Source of the DNA: an uncultured Pseudomonadales bacterium
Lineage (GTDB): Bacteria > Patescibacteriota > Microgenomatia > UBA1400 > UBA1396
Direction: 5' to 3'
DNA length: 64,000 bases
Assembly: GCA_964511175.1 (NCBI GenBank)
Contig: CAZEEI010000004.1
Location: forward strand, 27,401 to 91,400
The position numbers and the translations under genes are program-made. A model generated the notes under the pieces. The model had not been told where the DNA came from. It did not search any database and saw only the letters and a program-made list of their open reading frames with translations. Positions 48,584-57,195 of the stretch are shown here, piece after piece. Numbering within the stretch: position 1 is the stretch's first letter; every line of letters starts with the position of its first letter.

Positions 48584-49741
48584 ATGCTAGACTGGCGCCC
48601 CCATTCTCCTTGGCTTTACTGGATAGCTGGCGGCTTGGGTATAAGCGGGGGTATTCTTCTGATGGTGATACTTTGGTCCTGGTTGACCCTGCGGCGTATT
48701 TCCGTTCAGCCGACGGCTCCAGAAGTGGTAGCGGGACAAATCACACCCACACCTACGCCTAAGCCGCCTTACGATACTTATCTTATCTTGGGTTACGGCG
48801 GCGGCGCTCACTCCGGCGGCCGCTTGACCGATACGCTGATTGTGGTCTTCATTGATCATCAACGTAGTCGCGTCACGCTTGTGTCTTTACCACGCGACCT
48901 ATGGGTACAGTTGCCCACTCAAGCCGAAGGAACCAGTGGCTGGAAACTTAACGCCGCCTACGCCATCGGTGCCGACGATCGGCGCTATCCCCATAAGCCG
49001 GCCGAGTTTACCGGACCAGCTGGCGGCGGCCAACTAGCCAAGTTGGCTGTATCGCAGGTGTTGGGTACACCGATGGAACATTTTATTGCCCTGGATTTTA
49101 CTGGTTTCACGCGCTCGATTGACGTTCTGGGTGGAGTGGATGTCCAGATTGAAGTGGCCTTCGCCGACCCTTGGTATCCCATTGAGGGTGAAGAAAGTAA
49201 CACTTGCGGCAAATCGCCAGAGGAAATTGCCGCTATTACCGCCACTGCCTCAGCGGAACAAGCCCAACAGCAATTTCCCTGCCGTTACGAAACTTTGCAG
49301 TTCGAGCGCGGCTTACAACATTTGGACGGCACTACTGCCCTAAAGTACGTTCGCTCGCGCCACTCGACGGTGGCCGGCAATGATTTTGGCCGTTCGCAAC
49401 GGCAGCGTAGTTTAATTTTGGCGGTAAAAAACCGGGTACTTTCGATTGACTTCCTGCCCAAGGCCATTCCTTTTGTCAACACCCTAGCCGGACATCTGGA
49501 AACCGACTTAACTTTGGAAGATATGCAAAAGCTGGTTGGTGCAGCCAGTCAGATTAGTAATTACGAAGTACGCAGTTTGGCTTTAACCGATAAAAACTTC
49601 CTAAAACAGGGACGTAGTAGTGACCGGCAATACGTTTTGTTGCCGCGCGCCGGCGATGGTGAGTTTGGCGAAGTTCACGCTTGGCTACAGGCGGAGTTGG
49701 CTACTCCTTCGGCACAAGTCGACAATAATCAAATCCCGTAG
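48584..49741 (+). CDS. LytR-CpsA-Psr (LCP) family cell-envelope phosphotransferase
   Basis: N-terminal TM helix. LCP core ILGYGGGAHSGGRLTDTLIVVFIDHQRSRVTLVSLPRDLWV...LKYVRSRH. Confidence 0.75.
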   Translation: MLDWRPHSPWLYWIAGGLGISGGILLMVILWSWLTLRRISVQPTAPEVVAGQITPTPTPKPPYDTYLILGYGGGAHSGGRLTDTLIVVFIDHQRSRVTLVSLPRDLWVQLPTQAEGTSGWKLNAAYAIGADDRRYPHKPAEFTGPAGGGQLAKLAVSQVLGTPMEHFIALDFTGFTRSIDVLGGVDVQIEVAFADPWYPIEGEESNTCGKSPEEIAAITATASAEQAQQQFPCRYETLQFERGLQHLDGTTALKYVRSRHSTVAGNDFGRSQRQRSLILAVKNRVLSIDFLPKAIPFVNTLAGHLETDLTLEDMQKLVGAASQISNYEVRSLALTDKNFLKQGRSSDRQYVLLPRAGDGEFGEVHAWLQAELATPSAQVDNNQIP

Positions 49742-49755
49742 TAATATAACTTACT

Positions 49756-50103
49756 ATGTCATCATCATCCTCTAAACATATTGAGTCCGGTACTGCCGCT
49801 GAACCAGTCGAAAACCTAGTAGGTCAGTCGCCAGGGTGGTCGATGGCAGGGGTTCGACCAGGGGGTTTACCAACCGAATTGCTATCACCGAGACAATCAA
49901 CTATTGATCGTTTAGCTAGCCTGTGCCGTCAAATGGGCAAGGGTTTCGAAATTGTTTTCGAACCAGATACAAATGATTTTAAATTATATCTCGATGATCC
50001 TAATAATCTTGATGCCGAAAATGGCGAAAAAGAGTTTACTGCTCCTACTGCGGAAAAAGTGATTTTGGCGGCGATGGGCTTTTTGGCTAAAGAAGCGAAT
50101 TAA
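49756..50103 (+). CDS. Hypothetical protein
   Basis: 115-aa ORF. No motif recognised. Confidence 0.3.
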   Translation: MSSSSSKHIESGTAAEPVENLVGQSPGWSMAGVRPGGLPTELLSPRQSTIDRLASLCRQMGKGFEIVFEPDTNDFKLYLDDPNNLDAENGEKEFTAPTAEKVILAAMGFLAKEAN

Positions 50104-52064
50104 TCCCCCGGATGATATCCTGGTTCTGTTCGGCGCTGGATTGTTTCCCTAACCGTTTTTCGACCAAAAGCCGTTCTCGCTAGATTGAGCTCCGGTAAAC
50201 CCAGCGTCGTTAGGCCATGTACACTGTTACTGGACCACAACGTATCGAGTCCCTTTTCACCTCTTTGCCGATACAAACGAGTAAGTTGATCGACGTGGGA
50301 CAGTATACGCCGGGATACCAATTGATAAGCTTCGCGCATTGAGGCAGCAGCTTGGACTTCGGTTAACCAGTCATGAAATTCACTCTCGTCAAAAGCGTGC
50401 GGCGAATTAATTAGTTCTTCAAAAAGGAGCACGGTGGCAAACCAATCCTGACGGTAGGCACCCTGTTGTTCTTCATAGGAAAGGTTACGTAAAATGGCAA
50501 AAATATTCTGATCCAACCAGGACAGGGCTTTGAGCCAATTGGGTTCAATACCAACTTCGTGACGATTCATCATAGCCAACAAAGTGGTGTTGACGTAATG
50601 AAGCGTCCGAGACAAATCCTGTCGCATTACAGATTCTTCTTCATCCATAGTTAAGGCTCGTATATGTTGATTAAGCACGTTGTCTGATGTCACTGGTGGC
50701 TTATCACCAACCGCTTTGGTATTTTCCACCAACCGTCGTAAAACATCAGCCACCTTTACTAATCGCTTCACACCTTGTACTGTTTCGGTTATTAATGACT
50801 CATAAAAGTCTCTGTTTAGAAAATTTGTTTCAAGATTGTTAAGTTGATCGTGATAAGAACCGTCTTTTTCATACCGCCTAGCCTGATTGAAAACTAGCTC
50901 AAGGCGTTCAGTATTCCCAGTTTCGTAAAAATGTAGTGCGGCCAGTAATAAATTATGAACATATGGCCTCTGATCATGTACCAACTCCCGTAACGAACCG
51001 CTTATTACTGGAGCGTCTAATCTATTTTGATCTAACCGAGCGGCGTCAGTAGTGGGAACAGCTTGTAAGTGTAGTAGTAGTTCGTTTAAACCGTTGGGGG
51101 TGATCGGTGTAATGTAGCTCTGGCAAACAAAGTCAGCAGCGCCCCAATCCTCGCTGTTCATGCCCCAAACATTACCCCCTTTGTTTAAAATGTTTACTTG
51201 TTCATCTTGAGCCAACATGGCCGGCAACAATTTATGATTCATTCCCCAAATATTAGCCCTTGTTAAGCCATGTCTCCAAGCATAGTGATTAACAATATCT
51301 AAAATTTGCTTTTGCTTATCGAGGTCGCTGGTCGCTGATTCGATTTGAGTGAAAATTTGCAATATCTTGTCGATCTGGGTTGGGTCATGCTGATCCAATG
51401 CGGCTCGCTCAGCCCACAATAAGCGGCTTGCCACAGGGTTATTGTGCCCCCCTGACAAGCTATAAAAACGAGTAAAGAGTGTGATAAAACTATCGAATAT
51501 TGCTCTCTTTTCCTCAGCTTCGCGTTTAGGTGGACGCGGCGTAATATGAACTCCAGATAAGTCCCTCATTAAATCCGCAAACTCTAACCATCGCGTTTTA
51601 ATATCTTTGGGATCTAGATTGCCAGTAACAAAGTTGTCTCGCCACTTGGCTAATGACTCTTGATATAACTGTGCCTCTGCTAGTGATTCAGTGGTATAAA
51701 TCAAATTTTCGCTGAGGTGAAAATTAATTGTTGTCCCAGTTACCGCTGCTTGTCTGCCCACATCAGCAACTAAACGGATAAATTCAGGTAACTCCGATTC
51801 AACAATTGCTGAATCAGTTAACTGAGCTAGCAGTTTTTCTTTTTCACTATTCCTGGTACGGAAAAGGTAGCGAACATAGGCTTGGTCATCGTCATTAAAA
51901 GTGTCTATCGGCTTATGTGTTTGTTGAGCTACTAACTCTTGAAAATAGCTAAGTGGTTGATGGGCTTGTGGGGCGTCAGGAATGCACTCGTCCAGGAGGG
52001 GCTTAATCAGACTGCGACGTTGTTCCTGGCGAGTTTGTTCTAACGATTCAGCTTCGCCTGGCAT
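50100..52064 (-). CDS. Large hypothetical protein (~655 aa), alpha-helical
   Basis: Long ORF. The start is set at the internal Met (MPGEAESLEQ...) because the upstream 70 codons of ORF 50100..52274 are simply the translation of tRNA-Arg. Confidence 0.4.
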   Translation of the reverse strand: MPGEAESLEQTRQEQRRSLIKPLLDECIPDAPQAHQPLSYFQELVAQQTHKPIDTFNDDDQAYVRYLFRTRNSEKEKLLAQLTDSAIVESELPEFIRLVADVGRQAAVTGTTINFHLSENLIYTTESLAEAQLYQESLAKWRDNFVTGNLDPKDIKTRWLEFADLMRDLSGVHITPRPPKREAEEKRAIFDSFITLFTRFYSLSGGHNNPVASRLLWAERAALDQHDPTQIDKILQIFTQIESATSDLDKQKQILDIVNHYAWRHGLTRANIWGMNHKLLPAMLAQDEQVNILNKGGNVWGMNSEDWGAADFVCQSYITPITPNGLNELLLHLQAVPTTDAARLDQNRLDAPVISGSLRELVHDQRPYVHNLLLAALHFYETGNTERLELVFNQARRYEKDGSYHDQLNNLETNFLNRDFYESLITETVQGVKRLVKVADVLRRLVENTKAVGDKPPVTSDNVLNQHIRALTMDEEESVMRQDLSRTLHYVNTTLLAMMNRHEVGIEPNWLKALSWLDQNIFAILRNLSYEEQQGAYRQDWFATVLLFEELINSPHAFDESEFHDWLTEVQAAASMREAYQLVSRRILSHVDQLTRLYRQRGEKGLDTLWSSNSVHGLTTLGLPELNLARTAFGRKTVRETIQRRTEPGYHPGD

Positions 52065-52122
52065 ATGGTCTGATCTTACCGTAGTTCCGCATTGAGTACG
52101 AGAGGTGTCTACTTTTTTAAGG

Positions 52123-52196
52123 TGCACCAGGAGGGATTTGAACCCCCGACCCTCTGTTCCGAAGACAGATGCTCTATCCAACTGAGCTACTGGTGC
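52123..52196 (-). tRNA. tRNA-Arg (anticodon TCG)
   Basis: The reverse complement reads GCACCAG-TA-GCTC-AGTTGGATA-GAGC-A-TCTGT-CTTCGGA-ACAGA-GGGTC-GGGGG-TTCAAAT-CCCTC-CTGGTGC-A-CC. Confidence 0.85.
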
Positions 52197-53212
52197 GTTG
52201 GGGGTATTGTAGCACTGCGGTCGGTCAGTAAGGTCTGGTTTAAGGCCGTTAACATCGCCGTAAGCGCTTCCCACTGCTGAGTGGGCTGACCATCGGCGGC
52301 AAAGAAACTGAAACCAGCAAACGGCCCGGGACTGCCCGCAAAAACAAAGGGCGTAACCGCTTTGACGCTAGGACTATTCCAGATTTGCTTGGCCGCCGTT
52401 AAATAATATTGTTTGAGGCGCGTTTGCAGGCGAGGGGTGGAATCCCAACCAGTTTCGGTAACATAAACCTCCCACTGGCGGTCGCTGTAATTCTTGAGAA
52501 AAGCCAACTCATATTCAAAACCCCGCAGGGAGTTTTGGCCACGCCGCTCCGGCGAAGAAACAAAACCTGGATTGGGATAGCTGTGTGAGTTCCAAGCGCT
52601 GAGCTGATCCAAGATTTCCGGTTTTGAACCCAGCACTTCCCGCCAATAAGCCAGAGCTTCTTTAGTGGTGGGTGTATCGGTGGCGGCTAAGTCAAGGGCG
52701 GCCGGCAGGAGGATGTAGCGGCTGTTTTCAGTGACAAACCAGTTGAGTGCAAAATTGGTGACCCGAGCAAACTCGTGCGGATCCAGCCGGCCGCCCCATT
52801 CGGCAGCATGGTTGGGTTCGTTAAAAACGATCACGTGTTTTTCGTTCTGCGGCCAAGATAGTTGGCCCAAAGCGTTGGCTAAATCAACAATATCGCGGCG
52901 AGTGGGCACTTGCCAAGCTTGATCGGTAGAATTAAAACGGGTAGCCAACCTCACCAGCGGCACGACGTTATTTTGGCCAGCCAAAAGAAAAGCCTGCTGC
53001 CAGGACTCCGTTCGCTGGCAATCGTCCAGGGTAAACGGAATAGTCACGTACAGTGGTTGGTCGGCCTCGCGGTAGGGGGCAAATTCACGTACTACGTCGG
53101 CGATTTCTTCCGGGCGCAGAACATGAACGCCAGGAGCAAAGGCGCGCGCCCGACCAGGCAGACCTAAACAGAGCGTCAACCCTAAAACAAAACCGATAAA
53201 ATATTTATACAT
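52187..53212 (-). CDS. Secreted glycoside-hydrolase-like protein (TIM-barrel, GH5/GH113-like motifs)
   Basis: N-terminal signal peptide (MYKYFIGFVLGLTLCLGLPGRARA). HVIVFNEPNH (acid/base NEP) and YVTETGW (nucleophile E) are spaced as in clan GH-A. Confidence 0.45.
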   Translation of the reverse strand: MYKYFIGFVLGLTLCLGLPGRARAFAPGVHVLRPEEIADVVREFAPYREADQPLYVTIPFTLDDCQRTESWQQAFLLAGQNNVVPLVRLATRFNSTDQAWQVPTRRDIVDLANALGQLSWPQNEKHVIVFNEPNHAAEWGGRLDPHEFARVTNFALNWFVTENSRYILLPAALDLAATDTPTTKEALAYWREVLGSKPEILDQLSAWNSHSYPNPGFVSSPERRGQNSLRGFEYELAFLKNYSDRQWEVYVTETGWDSTPRLQTRLKQYYLTAAKQIWNSPSVKAVTPFVFAGSPGPFAGFSFFAADGQPTQQWEALTAMLTALNQTLLTDRSATIPPTHQ

Positions 53213-53238
53213 CGACGCTATTATACGATAGAAAGAGG

Positions 53239-53742
53239 CTAAACCACCTTCTTTTTGCCCTTGAGCCGAGCATTGAGGCTAAATTCACGCTCCTCGCCAC
53301 CAGCAGTCTCAATGACTTGTGAGCCAGTCATCTGGTAGTAGCGGATCAAATGATTACTAAGGGTTTGCTTAATTTCGTTAGCCTCTTCCTGTAATTCCTT
53401 CATTTTGATTTGCAGTTGAACCGCCTCTGGCGACTCCTTGATGCGCTGGCGCTTGGCTTTGACGTCGGACTTGAGGGTTTTCTCCTGTTCTTCCGCCTGC
53501 GCCAATTCTTCATTATTGGCAAAAAGATTAGCCAGCGATTCGCGCAGTTCGTGTACTTTTTGGTTCAGTTCGTCCAGTTGGTCGCCATAACGTTCCACAA
53601 TGTTTTGGATCGAAGTCAACATCTCCCCAAACTGTTCAGCCTGGGCAGTTTGTTGTGCCATTTCGTCAGCCGAAAGCACTACTACTTCATCGGTTGGCGG
53701 AGCCAAATCTGGAGGGGTAGTTACGGTTGGTTCATCTGGCAT
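53239..53742 (-). CDS. Coiled-coil protein
   Basis: Acidic and Glu/Lys/Gln-rich heptad sequence. Start set at MPDEPTV.... The ORF 53239..53793 could extend further 5'. Confidence 0.35.
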   Translation of the reverse strand: MPDEPTVTTPPDLAPPTDEVVVLSADEMAQQTAQAEQFGEMLTSIQNIVERYGDQLDELNQKVHELRESLANLFANNEELAQAEEQEKTLKSDVKAKRQRIKESPEAVQLQIKMKELQEEANEIKQTLSNHLIRYYQMTGSQVIETAGGEEREFSLNARLKGKKKVV

Positions 53743-53875
53743 GGTTTCCTTTCTGCGAGTAGTCACTGTACCAAGAAGTAGCCGAGTCTGCAAGAGACGC
53801 GAGATACATCTCTAAAACCCAAAAACCAGCAGTTGTACAACTATTGGTTTGACGTTTTTAAGGTTGAAAGTGGAG

Positions 53876-53949
53876 CGCGCCCGGCAGGATTCGAACCTGC
53901 GACCTACTCCTTAGAAGGGAGTTGCTCTATCCAGCTGAGCTACGGGCGC
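53876..53949 (-). tRNA. tRNA-Arg (anticodon TCT)
   Basis: The reverse complement reads GCGCCCG-TA-GCTC-AGCTGGATA-GAGC-A-ACTCC-CTTCTAA-GGAGT-AGGTC-GCAGG-TTCGAAT-CCTGC-CGGGCGC-G. The flanking GGAGC/GCTCC could extend the stem in a precursor. Confidence 0.85.
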
Positions 53950-54095
53950 TCCAGCCGTATTTTATCAGATGTGGGGGTAAAAAAAATCGGAAAGAATCCC
54001 GGTGAGGGGGTATCTGTCCGACCTGTTTAGTATTAGACCATAGGTTATAGGCCTTGTCAACTGGTAGTTTCGCCTTGTTTACGGTTATAACTAGA

Positions 54096-54734
54096 TCACC
54101 TGAGGAGACGGCGGTAAACTATCCCTAAGACAGGATCGTTATAGTCAAACTCGAGCGGGACATACGGGGCGCGACCAAATCGTTCCAAGAACCAGCGATT
54201 GTCCTGAGGTTTGTCTCTAAATCCCGCCAAAACTATTAGGCGGCCACCAGGACTGACGTGGGGAGCTAAATTGGCCAATAATCCTTCGCGTAGTTGGTTT
54301 TCTAAATGCTGTAAACGTATGGCCAGCACTGTGTCGAATTTGATATTACTGGGTAATCGTGATAAAAAATCATCTGTGTTCAGACGGCAATGTTCCAATT
54401 CTCCCGGACGTAACTGCAATTCTTCCGGCGATCGATCAATTTCAAGGTTTACTGCCCCCTGGGTAAACATCCACAAACCTGGCTCTGCTTCAGGATCACT
54501 GTCGATCGTAACCACACTATGCACCTCAGAGCGCAAAGAGCCATAAATAATAGAATCGGTTGGTTTGCAAATCAAACTTCGTTCCGGAAAAGCACCGCCA
54601 ATACCAATAATCAGCACATGGCCGCTAATTTCCTGCTTAGTTAACTGGAGGGGCTCTAACTCTTGCAACAAATCGCGCACCACCATCGAAACTTCTGGCC
54701 GATTAATTAAGTGTTCAAATTCAGATTTTGGCAT
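54096..54734 (-). CDS. Hypothetical protein, possibly a class I SAM-dependent methyltransferase / spermidine-synthase-like fold
   Basis: HVLIIGIGGAF (Gly-rich motif I-like) and PGGRLIVL. This is weak. Confidence 0.3.
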   Translation of the reverse strand: MPKSEFEHLINRPEVSMVVRDLLQELEPLQLTKQEISGHVLIIGIGGAFPERSLICKPTDSIIYGSLRSEVHSVVTIDSDPEAEPGLWMFTQGAVNLEIDRSPEELQLRPGELEHCRLNTDDFLSRLPSNIKFDTVLAIRLQHLENQLREGLLANLAPHVSPGGRLIVLAGFRDKPQDNRWFLERFGRAPYVPLEFDYNDPVLGIVYRRLLR

Positions 54735-54770
54735 CCGCGTATTATATCAGGTATAATAGCGCTTCTACCG

Positions 54771-54844
54771 CTCCCGGGTAGTGAAATGGCATCACAACTG
54801 GCTCTGAACCAGTTATTCGAGGTCCGAATCCTTGCCCGGGAACC
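54771..54844 (+). tRNA. tRNA-Gln (anticodon CTG), CCA encoded
   Basis: TCCCGGG-TA-GTGA-AATGGCA-TCAC-A-ACTGG-CTCTGAA-CCAGT-TATT-CGAGG-TCCGAAT-CCTTG-CCCGGGA-A-CCA. It has the U1:A72 pair typical of bacterial tRNA-Gln. Confidence 0.8.
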
Positions 54845-55191
54845 AAACTTAGAGGATGTTCGTTAATTGGCGTGATACAATTCCCAGCATATGGCGACCA
54901 ATGAACCAGAAAGAGTGAAAAGTACTTGGCAAATACGTTGTGGGCGAGGTGGTTATGTAGGATCGGGACGAGCTTGTATCGGTACCGGCCCGAACTGTCC
55001 TATTGATAGACCGTATACACAGTGTGGATATCGAGTATGGGAACTAAAAACCGAAAAAGTTAAAGCTGAGGATGCCTCAGGCTGTCGTTAAAGTTGGTTT
55101 TGCTTAATTTAATCAATTTCCCTCTTCTCACTTTTGGGGTAGTTGCTATACTTGTCTCCACGATTAAAGTAGAAACCAGGAGTCTGTTTTT

Positions 55192-55947
55192 ATGGATAAC
55201 TTATCGGACAAACTTAACCAATATCTCACCACCGGCTTACTGGTGGCTGCCGCCTTTGTCATCGGCATGCTGTTTACCGAAGTACGTTACTTGAAAAAAG
55301 GCACCACAACCACCGCTGCTGCGGCAGCTCCCGTTGCGGCTGCGCCAGCTGCTCAACCCTCGCCGGTATCAAACTTAACCGCCGACCAGCTGACAAAACT
55401 TATCCCCGTTAACGATACTGATCACGTTCGCGGTGGTAAAAACGCCAAAATCACCTTGATCGAATATTCTGATTTTGAGTGTCCTTTCTGCCAGTCATTC
55501 ACCAAAACGCTTGACCAGATTTTGGCCGAATACGGTGACAAAGTGCGCGTGGTCTTCCGCCACTATCCGTTGTCTTTCCACCAATACGCCCAAAAAGCAG
55601 CCGAGGCTTCCGAGTGTGTGGCTAAGTTAGCCGGCAACGACGCTTTTTGGAAGTTCCACGATCTTTACTTTGCCAAAACTTTAGCTAACGGTACCGGTTA
55701 CCCACAGGATAAGCTGGCGGAGTTGGCCCAAGAAGCTGGCGTGATTAACACCGGTGATTTCCAAGTTTGCCTGGACAGTGACGAAATGGCCAAAACTGTA
55801 ACGGATCAGCAGGCTGGTGGTGCAGCAGTTGGCATTCAAGGCACTCCTGGTACCGTGTTAATTACCAGTGACGGTAAAAAGGGCGTCCTCATTGGTGGCG
55901 CCATTTCGCTGGAATCGGTTAAGGCCGAAGTCGAAAAACAGCTCTAG
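55192..55947 (+). CDS. DsbA-family thiol:disulfide oxidoreductase (membrane-anchored)
   Basis: N-terminal TM helix, an Ala/Pro-rich linker, and a thioredoxin fold with the active site CPFC (IEYSDFECPFCQSF). Confidence 0.75.
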   Translation: MDNLSDKLNQYLTTGLLVAAAFVIGMLFTEVRYLKKGTTTTAAAAAPVAAAPAAQPSPVSNLTADQLTKLIPVNDTDHVRGGKNAKITLIEYSDFECPFCQSFTKTLDQILAEYGDKVRVVFRHYPLSFHQYAQKAAEASECVAKLAGNDAFWKFHDLYFAKTLANGTGYPQDKLAELAQEAGVINTGDFQVCLDSDEMAKTVTDQQAGGAAVGIQGTPGTVLITSDGKKGVLIGGAISLESVKAEVEKQL

Positions 55948-55967
55948 CCTGGTAGTATAATCGGCGC

Positions 55968-56744
55968 ATGTTGCGACACCGGAGAACAAAAACCGAAATT
56001 GAACCTGCACCCCCAACGGTGTATTGGGTAAGGGACAGCGATGGTAATCAGCGCTGGTCGGTTCGACCGCTTTCCGCTGAAATACAGGCTTTAGCCAACC
56101 ATAATTCCCATCTCTATGATGTTGCGCTGGGTTGTCTTTGTAACGAAGCACCGGTAAATTTTATTGGCACCTTATTTTTGCTCCAACAAAAAGCTAAGTT
56201 GCTGCCGGTGATTCAGGCTCAAGAAAATCTAGGTGCTGTTCTCCCTACCTTCCACGAACGCTTCAATCCGCCGTTTCGCCTTTTAACTAATGTACCGCTT
56301 TATAAATTTGGTAAAGACACTACCCCACAGCTAACCAATCTAACCGCCCCCTTGGTGTTTTATAAAATTGCCTCAGGAGAACTGGCAGGAGTGGTTCTCC
56401 AAGGCCCTTTGGCTGGGCTAATGTTGCAACCACTGCCAACGGCTAAACAGCCGGAGGAGGGGATGATTATTAACCGAATCTGGAATGACCAATTAGTAAT
56501 GGGAACCGATCATCCTTACTGGACGCCAGTCAAAGATCTAAAAAGCCGACCATACCTCGATACTGTATACCGGTTAGACCGGGAATTTGCTGCCATGGTT
56601 AACCGAAACTGGCCGACTCATCCCTGGAGTAGTCAAATCTTCCGCCAGCTTTGCCATGACTTTAATATCCCAATCAACCTTGAACATTTCCAGACCCTGC
56701 GCGCGGCAAAAGACCTACCTAAGGACGCGGTGTCCGCGCGGTAA
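55968..56744 (+). CDS. Hypothetical protein
   Basis: 258-aa ORF. No motif recognised. Confidence 0.3.
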   Translation: MLRHRRTKTEIEPAPPTVYWVRDSDGNQRWSVRPLSAEIQALANHNSHLYDVALGCLCNEAPVNFIGTLFLLQQKAKLLPVIQAQENLGAVLPTFHERFNPPFRLLTNVPLYKFGKDTTPQLTNLTAPLVFYKIASGELAGVVLQGPLAGLMLQPLPTAKQPEEGMIINRIWNDQLVMGTDHPYWTPVKDLKSRPYLDTVYRLDREFAAMVNRNWPTHPWSSQIFRQLCHDFNIPINLEHFQTLRAAKDLPKDAVSAR

Positions 56745-57186
56745 CCACATTCATAATCTTGGCGGCCTCAGCGTAGTTTTCCCGGTGCAGCCAAAGTTCA
56801 GCCTGAGCTAGTTGCTGGGAGGCAAAGGCGTCAGTGGCAAATTCCTGCTTTAAGTCGGCTAGACGCTCCGTGATGACGTCCAGCTTCATTTGGGCCGTCT
56901 TAGTCAGAAGCAACTGATCCAAATCGGTCAGCTTCTCGTGCAAGAAACTAAGCAAGTTGGTCTGGCGCTGTTCGACCGGTTGACTTTGGTCACCTAGCAG
57001 CTGCTTGGTGCGAGCTAAATCTTCCGGCGAAAGGCGGGTGGCAAGATCGGTTTCCAATAAATCCTGGAGCAGAAGGGCCTGTGCTTCCTCGAGAATTTGG
57101 TTTTTCTCCGCTTCGTCCGAGCCGGTATAACCAAGTAGTTGGAAGATGTCGAGAGATTGAAGGGCTGATTGGGCAGTGGGGGTCAT
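56719..57186 (-). CDS. Hypothetical acidic helical protein
   Basis: 155 aa, Leu/Glu/Gln-rich. Immediately downstream of the 1029-aa gene on the same strand. Confidence 0.3.
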   Translation of the reverse strand: MTPTAQSALQSLDIFQLLGYTGSDEAEKNQILEEAQALLLQDLLETDLATRLSPEDLARTKQLLGDQSQPVEQRQTNLLSFLHEKLTDLDQLLLTKTAQMKLDVITERLADLKQEFATDAFASQQLAQAELWLHRENYAEAAKIMNVVTARTPRP

Positions 57187-57195
57187 GATTCCTTC

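Noticed and set aside
52065-52274. N-terminal 70-codon extension of ORF 50100..52274
   Set aside because: It reads through tRNA-Arg(TCG) (…APVAQLDRASVFGTEGRGFKSLLVH…). The start was moved to the internal Met.
52092-52280. 62-aa plus-strand ORF (…EGFEPPTLCSEDRCSIQLSYW…)
   Set aside because: It is simply the translation of tRNA-Arg(TCG) and its flanks on the opposite strand. The …GFEP…QLSY… string is the classic tRNA read-through artefact.
53833-54030. 65-aa ORF (…ARPAGFEPATYSLEGSCSIQLSYGRS…)
   Set aside because: Translation across tRNA-Arg(TCT). It is not a protein gene.
54891-55294. Two 66-aa ORFs (54891..55091 Cys-rich, and 55094..55294) upstream of and overlapping the DsbA-like gene
   Set aside because: No RBS. 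The second overlaps the better-supported DsbA start at 55192. The Cys-rich one could be real, but there is no supporting signal.
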